A stretch of 31,883 bases of DNA, taken from IMG/VR virus record IMGVR_UViG_3300024978_000002, one strand, 5' to 3'. The DNA is from a virus. Under the pieces are notes generated by a model that saw nothing but the letters and a program-made list of their open reading frames with translations, made no database searches and was not told where the DNA came from. Made by a program: the position numbers and the translations under genes. Shown piece by piece: positions 1 through 9,334 of the stretch (position 1 is its first letter; every line of letters begins with the position of its first letter).

Positions 1-149
1 ATTGCGAAGTTACCACCGAGGGTGGTGTCGGTGAACTTATAGGCAGCGTTGGTGAGAATCCGTCGTCGTTTGTCCACCGCGTCCAAAGCCGACTGGGGTA
101 GGATAAACGATTGCTGAATCCAGACGGTATCTTTAATACGAATAGACAT
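1..149 (-). CDS. Partial (5' end) virion tail protein, phiKZ gp182-like
   Basis: Hand translation from ATG at 149 (GAGG SD upstream): MSIRIKDTVWIQQSFILPQSALDAVDKRRRILTNAAYKFTDTTLGGNFA..., open to the window edge. The KFTDTxLGGN motif and position after the gp181-like gene fit phiKZ-like synteny. Confidence 0.7.
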   Translation of the reverse strand, partial: MSIRIKDTVWIQQSFILPQSALDAVDKRRRILTNAAYKFTDTTLGGNFA

Positions 150-179
150 GCAGAGTCCTCAGAAACCTGGTGTAGGAGT

Positions 180-207
180 CCCTAGGGGAGGCGTGCCTCC
201 CCTAGGG
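180..207. terminator. Intergenic GC-rich stem-loop (terminator or RNA-stability hairpin)
   Basis: CCCTAGGGGAGGC-GT-GCCTCCCCTAGGG, 13-bp perfect arms, just past the stop of the giant tail gene; TTTATG at 212-217. No U-tract on the minus (coding) strand. Confidence 0.6.
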
Positions 208-221
208 CTCGTTTATGCCAC

Positions 222-3200
222 TTAGTCGTTGTTACGACTGAACGCCACACTCACCGGCAGCTGGTCCCGGCGTTGTTGCACCGGACGACTAGACGGTGAA
301 CGTGTCGTTGTTACATTGTCACTACTGGCAGGTGCAGGAGCCTGCGACGACGCCAGCTGTTTGATCAGATCACGGACCGCCGTATAGGTATCGGCCGTGT
401 TCTTGGCAATGGACTGTTGAGTCTCCAAGGACTTCTTGAGGATATCTCCCACCAACGCCATCTTACTCTGATCGTTCTTACTTTGCCATTGCGACTGAAC
501 TTCTGTCAGACGCGTTTCGGCATCCTTACGGGCTTTCTCCAACGCCGCGATCTGGGCGCGGGTGGTATCATCCGCCGTACTGGTTCGAGCAGCGACGTCT
601 AACGTCCGTACCGAATCAATGCTTGGTGCAGGCGTCGCTGTGGCGGTCGTCGGACCGGTCGTGGAGGGACTTAGTCCCCCATTAGCCATCATAGCGGCCG
701 AACCACCACCAGTTGCTAGGGAGTTTGTGGCAACGCCTGAGCCGTCCGGTGCCATATACGCCAGATTCTCGTCGGCTTGACTTGGTACGACAGGTGCAGG
801 CGATCCGTTGGTCGCTGGCATCGGTGCCGCACCAGCCGCCTTAGCGGCTGGTTGAACACCACCTTGCGTACCGTTGGCCGTCGTGGTGGTCGTGACCGGT
901 GGCGCGACGGTCTTGGCCGTTGGACTTCCCGGAGCCGCCGGCACGCTACCGCCACCGTAAGACGCCAGGATTTCATCCATGGACTTACCTTGGAACTTCT
1001 TCAGGTAGCCGTTGACGTAACTGCGACGCTGTTCCAGGTTCGTCAATCCGCCATTGATGAGTCGGGTAACACCCTCCAAATCACTGGGGTTGGCTTTACC
1101 TTTCACACGCGTCTTCCAGTAATGGATAGCTGAAAGAGCCGCCACACGAGGATCGGTTGCCACTAAATCGGGGTTATCCACCACATCAATGCCGGTATCT
1201 CGGGCAAAAGCCTTGTAGTTAGCCTTACCCGTCAACTGCATTAAACCCCGACCACGGTACTTGTAACCGTCACCAGTGACGGTGTTACCCATGCGGCCAT
1301 TATAGATGAAGTCAGCAAAGGCCACCGGTCCTTGCGCCAGAATCTGCTTTGCAAAATCAAGCGTTGGAAAACGATTTGGCCAAATACGACGAGCGACTTC
1401 AGGTCGGTAATTGAGGTTTTCAATCAGGTGAGCAAAGCTCCCTGATTCCTCAGCGACTTGACCCAGCAGCATCGCCAATTCCGTCGGATCGGTGATACCG
1501 GCTTTGATAGCTTCTTGGATTAATACACGTTCTCGGTCCTTCGCGCTACCGACGAGTTTAGGCTCTTTCGGAGCACCTTGTCCGAACATATAGCGGCTCT
1601 GAGCCGTTAATGCCTGGCCGGTGGCACCGAAACCACCGCGTATGTCGCCGCGCCCAAAGCGATCCACGGCCTCTCGACTATTGTCGATAGTGGCTTGGAC
1701 GCCCCCGGCGATACGCCGCCCGATATTCGATGCAGCACCCCCGATGCCGTCCACGGCTTTACCCAGCCAAGTGCGGTCGCGTTCGGTGCCTAAGAGAAAG
1801 TCTCGGGCTTTACGGGCCTGATCCTTCATCTTATCCATCATGCTCGATACCAAACCCTTGTCTTTACGTTTGTTGGCGTCACTACCCGGAGTCTTGTCTT
1901 CGTCGATCACTTTCTTATCTGCTGACGCCTTCAGCACCGCCAGTGAACCGGAGATCGTTTCGGAATCGCTGTTCAGCCGCTCACTAACACTCCACGGTGA
2001 ACGGGTCCAAAACCACGTCGACTTCCCATCGTCGTCCTTGGTATTCAGGACGCTTTGGGCGATCAACAGGAGCTTGTCGGCCTTCAGAGACTTTTCAGGC
2101 ATTTGCAGATCGGCAGTTTTGTCGATACTACGCACGGCCTTAACGTAAGCCAAACACACTGGCAAGAACCGATGTCCGTACCATCCCATGAAGCGTGCCC
2201 TGTCCTGGGGGGAGTTCGGTAGAAGCCCAAACAACCCACACACCGCCAGATACACCAGTTCGTCTGAGACGGGGAGGTGAGGCGTCCCATTGTCGGCAAT
2301 CTGGATCTTCTTAAAGACCAAGGCTTCCAAAGCCGCCAGGCACCGGACACGATCCTGATCTAAATCCGATAACCCATAAGCCCGAAAACGCAGCGCGGTG
2401 AGTGCGCTGATTTTCCCGAGTTTCGAAAGCGGAGACGCTAACAATGCATCGACGTTCTTCGTGTTCTTGATTTTCCCGGAGGTTGACAAGAAACTCGCGC
2501 CAGCATTTTGCTCTGCCTTTTGCATCGTCTCTTCGGTGGCTTTGAGTTTAGCGTCTTTCTCATCGGCTTTGTTGGTGAGAAAAGACATTGCTAAACCCGC
2601 ACCGGGGATCACTGACGCCACGGCACGTGCTCGGTTCCACCACTTATCGGCTTTACGTTCACTGTCGGTTTTGGTCGTCTCTTTCAACGCCAGGTTGTAA
2701 GCGTCTTCAATTTGACCGACATCCGTGACCGAAGGAGTACCTGGGAACGGACTGGCCGTGATGGCGTAGATATTTCGGTCAACTCCCCAAGCGGCCTTGA
2801 CAAGCTGCGCTTGTTTGTCCTGTTTGAGTTTCTCGTCCGCATCCAGAAGCGCCATGGTGGGTTCCAGCCCTTTGAGCGCCCCCACCCATTTCAGGAACAC
2901 CGGCTTAAAGCGCCGGTTGAACCAGACGATAAAAGCCGACCGTTCGTCTGACTTGTTGGAGAACCATCCGTCGTCTAGTCCCATCAATTTAAAGACGTCG
3001 GCCATCTTAAGCGCTTTACCGCCGGAGATAGATTTTTCAGAGAAGTCCAGACCACCGTTCTTTTCAATAACGTGATCCAGCAATGCTTCTTCCAAACCGA
3101 AGATCTTTTTGTTATTGCCGGCATCTCCCGGTGCCACGCCGTACTGAAGGTAACGGAAGCGGCGGATCGGAGTGAGTTTACCGTACTTGTATTGCTTGAA

Positions 3201-6200
3201 CCCGTAGTACGCCAACGCACCAGCGGCGGCTACAGCCGCACCGACAATCGCCAGAGGTACAAAGAGCGGGGCGCCGATGATACCGGCCGCAGCGGTACCG
3301 ATACCCGATAACACTGGTGCAGCCAGGGCACCTAGTGTCGGACCACCGAGTGCACCAGATACCATAGAAGCGGCACCGACATTACCAGCCACGTTGAGGA
3401 CTTTACCGGTGGTCGAATCTTCACCTAACCATTCGGAGGCTTTCGATCCACCGTAGCTTAAAGCGGCACCGGTGGCTAAACCACCCACGACACCGCCAAT
3501 AGAAGCGCCGCGTGGTTTAAACCGACCCAGTTTAGACAAGAAGCTAGCGCCTTTGGCCACTTTACTAGCTTTGGCAGCAGCGCCGGCGGCTTCTTCGACA
3601 CCTTCGACGGCACCCTTACCACGACGGAAGAGCCGTGCTAACCGACCTAGACGACCACGACCCCGAGGGAGTTTACCCTTACGGGCCTTCAGTCGCTGTT
3701 TGGCGGCTTTCTTCCGACGACGACGTTCACGCCAGCTCCCTATGGAGTCGGCCGTCATGGCGGCGTCACCGACATCATCTAAGACTGAACCGTCGTCTTC
3801 GTCATCTTCGTCATTCTCCTCTTCCTCGTGTTTCTTACCGAGTCCGAAAAGACCGCCCGCTTTCTTACCTAGCCAGCCAAGAGCACCACCGATACCCCAC
3901 TTTCGTTCTCGAGCAGCGATGGCTTCCCCGGTAGCCTCTTCCTTCTTTTTCTCCTCGCGAGCTTCAGCGGCTTCCTGCCAGCTACCCTTACGCGCCTTCT
4001 TAGGTGCGAGGCGTTCATCTAAGACTTTAAAAATACTCTGAAGGAGTTCGACTTGTTTGGCACCGTGCTTTTCAAAGGGGTTGAGTAACGCCCCTAGGAA
4101 CTTAAACGGCGCGCCAATCAAACCGCCACCAAGACCGAGCATCCCGCCGAAGAGTTTACCGTAGCCTTTCAGAGCGCCCTTGAACAAAGCGCCAGCACCC
4201 TTAACCAGGCCCACGGCAGCACCACCTACTGCACCGATTAAACGGGACAGCGGAGTACGTAGCGACATCCCCCACCGGTTGGACAACCCCGGGTTGGTGA
4301 TCTCCTCTTCGTACAGAACGACCTTGTCATCAGGCAGGGCTTTATCGCTTCCGCGTTGAAGTTCACGAATCTCCCCGTAGATGTCCTCGTAGGTTTTGAC
4401 TTCCCTACCAGTCTTTTTTGGACCTGCGTTGTAGTACTTACCTTGCTTCATCTTGGTAGCGTACAGACGTGGAGAACTCTCGCCCTTGACGTAAACGTCC
4501 ACTTGTTTGTTAGTGGCCCACTTTAGGGTGGATCCTAATCCCTTAAGACCAGCCGAAGCGATCTTAAAGGGTAAGGTAGCCAAACCGCCGTAAAAACTCA
4601 CCACGGCACTACCCAAACCCATAATGGACTTCTTAGCCAATCGGACCAAACCCGTCGCACCCTTGGAGTAAAGTCCTGCGTCAAAATCCGCTTGATCCAC
4701 CACGGTTTCACCCGTTTTGAGATCCACAACAGGACCGGTGACGTCACTCCAACGTTGGATCTTCTTTTTGGTGTTGACGTCCTGGTAATGGCCGAGTTTA
4801 AGTTTCTCCGCAGTCATGGCAGGCTTGCGTTTACCTTGGATATAGATATCCTTGATACCACGCACGAGGTTTCCAATGCGATATGCTGCACCTTGACCTA
4901 CAGCGCCAATACCATGGCCTACACCACTAACAGCCGAACCGATGCCACCGAACACTTTACCCGTCCACCATTTCGTCCCACGGCCCACCGCCTTGGTAAT
5001 GCTCCAACCAGCTTTGATACCGCCGATAGCGATGGAGTCTAAGAACCCCTTCGGATAATGACCACCACCACCGGGGCCCTGGGCCGCCAAGATCTGGGCG
5101 ATGGCTTTCAGGAGTTCCACTTGCTCAGAGTTCAGACGTACGAGCTCACTGTCATTAGCGGCAGGCTGGTCAGGGTTGAACATGTTCGAGACGCCGTCAC
5201 CACCCACCGCACTGGCCGTGGGGCCGTTTTGCGGAGGTAAAGGGGGAGGTGTACTACCACCAGACGCTACTGATGCTGCGTTTGCACGCATCTTTGAAAC
5301 CGCTTCGGTGAGTTTGTTCCCCTTGCTGTCCTTAAGTGTGGGGATATCCGACGCAGTAATGACCGTGCGTCCGTCTTCGTCAATGACTGGACCGGCAATA
5401 TCTTCAGGTTTGTAGATAGGACGTTGTGTCAAGGCATCTCGGTACTTGCCGAGTTTGAGCTTGACCGCAGAAAGCAGAACTTCACCGCGGCCGTTCAGAA
5501 CTTCACGAACGTCATCGGCGACTTTCTGTCCGCGCGTGCGTGCTTGGTTACCAAGGTCTTGAGCGAAGTCGGACGCTTTCTTAGTAGCGGAGCGTAAGTT
5601 GAAGGTAATGGACTTACCCTTACCGTCCACCAACCCCATACTCAGTTGATCGACATCAATGACAATGTCACCGGACACCAAGTCCTTTACAGGACCACGG
5701 ATATCGGTCCACTTCTTGATGACCGCGCCGGTAACTGCATCCACGTAGCCACCAGCCTTGAGCCTACCGGCAGACAACACGGCCTTCGTTCCGCCTTGCA
5801 CGTAAAGGTCCTTCGCACTTTGGACAATCCCCGCTACCTTGGCGTTAAGTTCTGCGCGGGTACGTTCACCGGCTGAAGTCTTCTTCTGTTTGATATCGCC
5901 GACATCGGCGTTTTCTACCAGATCAAGAATCTTACTGATGTCCAGATGATCTTTACCATCCTTCGTGTAGATCAGTCCTTGAGACTTGAAGAGCTCACGT
6001 TGACCGGCTGACCGGTAGGCACTCGCGCCACCGATAGGTGCCGCACCGCCAAAGTCGATCCCTTGAAGTGTTTCAGCACGCTTCGACATCCAATCAAAAT
6101 CGAGTTTGCCTTCTGCCGTCCGACCTTGCGTTTGGAAGATTTGTCCGAGTTCGAGCTTCGCCTTACCGTCCAGTTCCGGGGTGTTAGACGCTGGGTCACT

Positions 6201-7799
6201 ATACCGACGTGGATCAAACGGTTCGGCATTGCCGGAGTCCAACAACAACTGCCTAATGAAAGCCTTTCGGGTGCTGTCGCTAATGGGCCGTTTACCAATC
6301 ACGTCATCGACGAAGTCGTTGATACTCTGCTTAATGCGAGCACGTGAGTCTTTGGTGAAGGACGCATTTAAGGCGTCATTACCAGCGGTTTTGACCGTAC
6401 TGAACTCACGGCGGTCGTGGTTATAAACCTGCCGCTGTGCTTTGGGGTCAAACACCATAGCCGTGTTGTGTTCAATGCGCGACAAGAATCCTGGGATAAT
6501 CTCAATGATCGACCGTCGGGTCAAGGCATCAAAGGTCGCTGGCTTGTCCAGTTGACTAATGCCGTTTTGACCGACCACCGTATTCATCTTGTACTGACCC
6601 AGGGTCGACTTGAACATGTCCTCAAGCGAACCTAGCAAACCGCCGCGCGTTGTTGCTGACTTCGCGTAGCGATTCAGGAGCTGGGGGAGTGACCCGATGC
6701 CGTACTCCAGGACACCACCTTTCTCCGCCAGCTTGGGGAAGAGCTTCGTCAGCCAAGGAGCTGCTTTCTTACCCAGGAACTGACCGCCTTTCTCCGCTGC
6801 GGTTTGCCCGAGCATCTGAAAGAGCATCTCTTGGAAAGGTATGGGGGAGCCGTCCGCTCCGATCATATCCAGAGCGCTAGACGCCCCACCCATCACGTCT
6901 TTAAGTTGCTCACCAGCACGCTTACCTAGTCCACCGATATAGTTGCCAGCCCACTTACCCGCAGTGTTTTGCAGGTTATTCATGAGTTTGTTACGGAACA
7001 CTTGCTTCGCTGAGTGACGTAGCGTCTGTTTCGCAATGTCCGGCATCGCGGTGTTGTTCACCAAAGCATCGAACTGAGCTTGCTGACGTTTGGCAGTCTC
7101 GGCCTGTAAACGCAAACTATCGCGCGCTACTAAGTAGTGGCGTGTTTGCAGTTCCAGGGAACGACGCTGGTAACGGTTTGTCACGTCATCCTGGTAATTC
7201 ACCAGGCGCATGATTCCCTGTTGCATGACGTTGAGTGAACGCACCTGCTGTTTGGACAGTCCAGTCGACTGCGCATGTTGAAGGGCACGCTCGAACTTAT
7301 TCTCCGCATTCTGACGGGCATCGGCCTCCATCTGAACGCCGAAGACCTCCGCCATCTGTCGGCGAATATCTTCCTCTTCCGGATTACCCTTAGGCCCGTT
7401 TCCCGAAGACGGTTGAGAGAACGCCTCAAGCTTATCAGCAACACCTTTAGGTAGGTATTTCCTGGCTTTAGGAAGGTTACGTTGGGTTAGATTTTTGAGG
7501 ACAGGGATCGAGGGCCGGATCTCGTCCTGGGCGATATGGTATAGCTCCTGGGCTTGACGCGACACTTGGTCGTGTAAGTCAAACGCTTTGCCGTACCCCT
7601 TGGGCAACATGGCCTTAGCGATGTTACGCAGTGTCGAAGGTGTCTTCAGGGCATCCGTCGCCCCTTGCGTAAAATTGACGGCGACCTTTTGGATCACGCC
7701 GTGCTTACTCTTTTGCTTGGACGAGCCCGAATAGGGATCATCGAAGTCGTAATCGAGCGACTCATCCCATTCGAAATCGTCTAGCTTCTTGGTAGGCAT
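222..7799 (-). CDS. Giant tail/tape-measure-like protein with C-terminal GH19 peptidoglycan hydrolase domain (phiKZ gp181-like), ~2525 aa
   Basis: Start placed at ATG 7799 (MPTKKLDD) with GGAG SD at 7807-7810. Gly/Ala-rich and hydrophobic segments, four internal repeats, GH19 signatures (MLLGQVAEESG, ENLNY, GDGYKYRGRGLMQLTGKANY, INGGLTNLEQR). Divergent from the vRNAP beta' gene as in phiKZ. Confidence 0.85.
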   Translation of the reverse strand: MPTKKLDDFEWDESLDYDFDDPYSGSSKQKSKHGVIQKVAVNFTQGATDALKTPSTLRNIAKAMLPKGYGKAFDLHDQVSRQAQELYHIAQDEIRPSIPVLKNLTQRNLPKARKYLPKGVADKLEAFSQPSSGNGPKGNPEEEDIRRQMAEVFGVQMEADARQNAENKFERALQHAQSTGLSKQQVRSLNVMQQGIMRLVNYQDDVTNRYQRRSLELQTRHYLVARDSLRLQAETAKRQQAQFDALVNNTAMPDIAKQTLRHSAKQVFRNKLMNNLQNTAGKWAGNYIGGLGKRAGEQLKDVMGGASSALDMIGADGSPIPFQEMLFQMLGQTAAEKGGQFLGKKAAPWLTKLFPKLAEKGGVLEYGIGSLPQLLNRYAKSATTRGGLLGSLEDMFKSTLGQYKMNTVVGQNGISQLDKPATFDALTRRSIIEIIPGFLSRIEHNTAMVFDPKAQRQVYNHDRREFSTVKTAGNDALNASFTKDSRARIKQSINDFVDDVIGKRPISDSTRKAFIRQLLLDSGNAEPFDPRRYSDPASNTPELDGKAKLELGQIFQTQGRTAEGKLDFDWMSKRAETLQGIDFGGAAPIGGASAYRSAGQRELFKSQGLIYTKDGKDHLDISKILDLVENADVGDIKQKKTSAGERTRAELNAKVAGIVQSAKDLYVQGGTKAVLSAGRLKAGGYVDAVTGAVIKKWTDIRGPVKDLVSGDIVIDVDQLSMGLVDGKGKSITFNLRSATKKASDFAQDLGNQARTRGQKVADDVREVLNGRGEVLLSAVKLKLGKYRDALTQRPIYKPEDIAGPVIDEDGRTVITASDIPTLKDSKGNKLTEAVSKMRANAASVASGGSTPPPLPPQNGPTASAVGGDGVSNMFNPDQPAANDSELVRLNSEQVELLKAIAQILAAQGPGGGGHYPKGFLDSIAIGGIKAGWSITKAVGRGTKWWTGKVFGGIGSAVSGVGHGIGAVGQGAAYRIGNLVRGIKDIYIQGKRKPAMTAEKLKLGHYQDVNTKKKIQRWSDVTGPVVDLKTGETVVDQADFDAGLYSKGATGLVRLAKKSIMGLGSAVVSFYGGLATLPFKIASAGLKGLGSTLKWATNKQVDVYVKGESSPRLYATKMKQGKYYNAGPKKTGREVKTYEDIYGEIRELQRGSDKALPDDKVVLYEEEITNPGLSNRWGMSLRTPLSRLIGAVGGAAVGLVKGAGALFKGALKGYGKLFGGMLGLGGGLIGAPFKFLGALLNPFEKHGAKQVELLQSIFKVLDERLAPKKARKGSWQEAAEAREEKKKEEATGEAIAARERKWGIGGALGWLGKKAGGLFGLGKKHEEEENDEDDEDDGSVLDDVGDAAMTADSIGSWRERRRRKKAAKQRLKARKGKLPRGRGRLGRLARLFRRGKGAVEGVEEAAGAAAKASKVAKGASFLSKLGRFKPRGASIGGVVGGLATGAALSYGGSKASEWLGEDSTTGKVLNVAGNVGAASMVSGALGGPTLGALAAPVLSGIGTAAAGIIGAPLFVPLAIVGAAVAAAGALAYYGFKQYKYGKLTPIRRFRYLQYGVAPGDAGNNKKIFGLEEALLDHVIEKNGGLDFSEKSISGGKALKMADVFKLMGLDDGWFSNKSDERSAFIVWFNRRFKPVFLKWVGALKGLEPTMALLDADEKLKQDKQAQLVKAAWGVDRNIYAITASPFPGTPSVTDVGQIEDAYNLALKETTKTDSERKADKWWNRARAVASVIPGAGLAMSFLTNKADEKDAKLKATEETMQKAEQNAGASFLSTSGKIKNTKNVDALLASPLSKLGKISALTALRFRAYGLSDLDQDRVRCLAALEALVFKKIQIADNGTPHLPVSDELVYLAVCGLFGLLPNSPQDRARFMGWYGHRFLPVCLAYVKAVRSIDKTADLQMPEKSLKADKLLLIAQSVLNTKDDDGKSTWFWTRSPWSVSERLNSDSETISGSLAVLKASADKKVIDEDKTPGSDANKRKDKGLVSSMMDKMKDQARKARDFLLGTERDRTWLGKAVDGIGGAASNIGRRIAGGVQATIDNSREAVDRFGRGDIRGGFGATGQALTAQSRYMFGQGAPKEPKLVGSAKDRERVLIQEAIKAGITDPTELAMLLGQVAEESGSFAHLIENLNYRPEVARRIWPNRFPTLDFAKQILAQGPVAFADFIYNGRMGNTVTGDGYKYRGRGLMQLTGKANYKAFARDTGIDVVDNPDLVATDPRVAALSAIHYWKTRVKGKANPSDLEGVTRLINGGLTNLEQRRSYVNGYLKKFQGKSMDEILASYGGGSVPAAPGSPTAKTVAPPVTTTTTANGTQGGVQPAAKAAGAAPMPATNGSPAPVVPSQADENLAYMAPDGSGVATNSLATGGGSAAMMANGGLSPSTTGPTTATATPAPSIDSVRTLDVAARTSTADDTTRAQIAALEKARKDAETRLTEVQSQWQSKNDQSKMALVGDILKKSLETQQSIAKNTADTYTAVRDLIKQLASSQAPAPASSDNVTTTRSPSSRPVQQRRDQLPVSVAFSRNND
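4270..5813 (-). repeat. Four degenerate ~60-70 aa internal repeats in the giant tail protein
   Basis: Consensus D(L/I/V)YVxG...L.A.KLK.G.Y.D..T...I....DI.GPV.D..G..V.......GL...G at approx 5615-5813, 5320-5507, 4660-4854 and 4270-4502. Confidence 0.75.
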
Positions 7800-7870
7800 T
7801 ACTTGTCTCCAGGCCTGCACGTAATAAGTAGGGCCTAGGGGGCCCATCATAAGTTAAGGAACCCCGTCCC

Positions 7871-9334
7871 ATGTCCAACTTGGATCTACCGTTCAACGTC
7901 GAGATCTACGAACCCACGCCAGACATGCTGCGTTTGCTGAAACCCGTGACCAGCACGGACTATTACGAGAATACGAAGGGTGACTTAGATGAAGACGGTC
8001 TTTTTTCAATTAGCATTTTCGGTCGCATTGGCGAGGACGCTCGAGACAAACGCTTTTCATTTATTGACATTAAGACCGAAATATTTCATCCCGTCATTTA
8101 TCAACGCCTCGTACGGCTGAAGAAACTGTACGAAGGGATCCTCACGAGCGAGCGGTACGCTAAGTGGGATCCTGAACTGCACGATTTCGTCGCAGCCAAT
8201 GAACTGGAAGGTGAGACGGGTTTTGCGTTCTTTGTCAATCACTGGCGCGATATTCATTTCACCCGTAACAAATCCGACGTCCGTGAGATGCGTGCTGACG
8301 TGATAGAGAAATACCGCGATCGTGCCCTGACCAGCAAGATCCTTGTTATCCCTGCAGGACTGCGCGATCTTGAGGTGGATGAAGACGGTCGCACCAACGT
8401 TCATGCGATCAACGCGCTCTACCGCAAACTCTTGGCGTTCTCTCGGGTGTTACCCGACCATGACGGTGTCAAGAACGATCCAACGCATAACCGTGCGCGA
8501 CAGCTCCTGCAGCGGTGTTTCAACGACATTTACGAGATGATCGAAAAGATGTTGGCGGGTAAGGAAGGGTTCGTCCAAGCCAAGTGGGGTGCGCGTAATG
8601 TGCAGAACTCGACGCGAAACGTAATCACGGCATTGGATACGTCCGCCGCCGAACTCGGTGCCATCAATGCGCCTAAATTCACCGACACGATCGTGGGCTT
8701 GTGGCAACTTTCCAAAGCGGTCCTACCGATTACTATCCACGCCTTACGTACAGGTTACTTGAGTCAGGCGTTTGCTTTCGGTGATCGCACCGCTCGGTTG
8801 GTCGACAAGGATACGTTGGAAGCGGAAATCGTCGACGTTACGGCGGAGTCTTACGACAAGTGGAACACCGTCGAAGGGCTTGAGAAAGTCGTCGCGAGTT
8901 ACAAAGAACTCACGCTCCGTAGTCGTCCCGTGGAGATTGACGGGCGGTATCTGGCGTTGATCTACGCACCACCTGGGAAAGCGGTATTCCGAGTGTTCTC
9001 CGATATCCGTGACCTTCCGCGTGAACTTAACCGACAACACGTACGACCGATCAACCTGATGGAGTTGTTGTATCTGTCCGGTTATCATGTCTGGAACCAA
9101 CAAGTTGGTACCGTGACGCGCTATCCTGTCACGGAAATTGGTAGTTGTTATCCCACTAGCGTCTACGTCAAAACGACCATCGTGGGTGAGGTCCGGAAGG
9201 AATTAGGGGAGGACTGGCGACCCATCGCCCAGGACGATTCCTATACCGCACCAGAGTTTCCTACTTATAACCCCCTAGCTTACCAAGACAGCCTGGTCGT
9301 ACCGGGCGTGCGTCTGGCGGGACTGGGAGCGGAT
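7871..9334 (+). CDS. Virion RNA polymerase beta' subunit (phiKZ gp180-like), exon 1
   Basis: Beta' motifs DGLFSISIFG, VIPAGLRD, GKEGFVQAKWGARNV, TRYPV. Ends RLAGLGAD immediately before an in-frame TAA, i.e. halfway through the catalytic GADFDGD motif. Confidence 0.92.

Noticed and set aside
7800-7850. Longest-ORF start of the giant tail gene
   Set aside because: It would leave almost no divergent promoter space; ATG 7799 has a GGAG SD.
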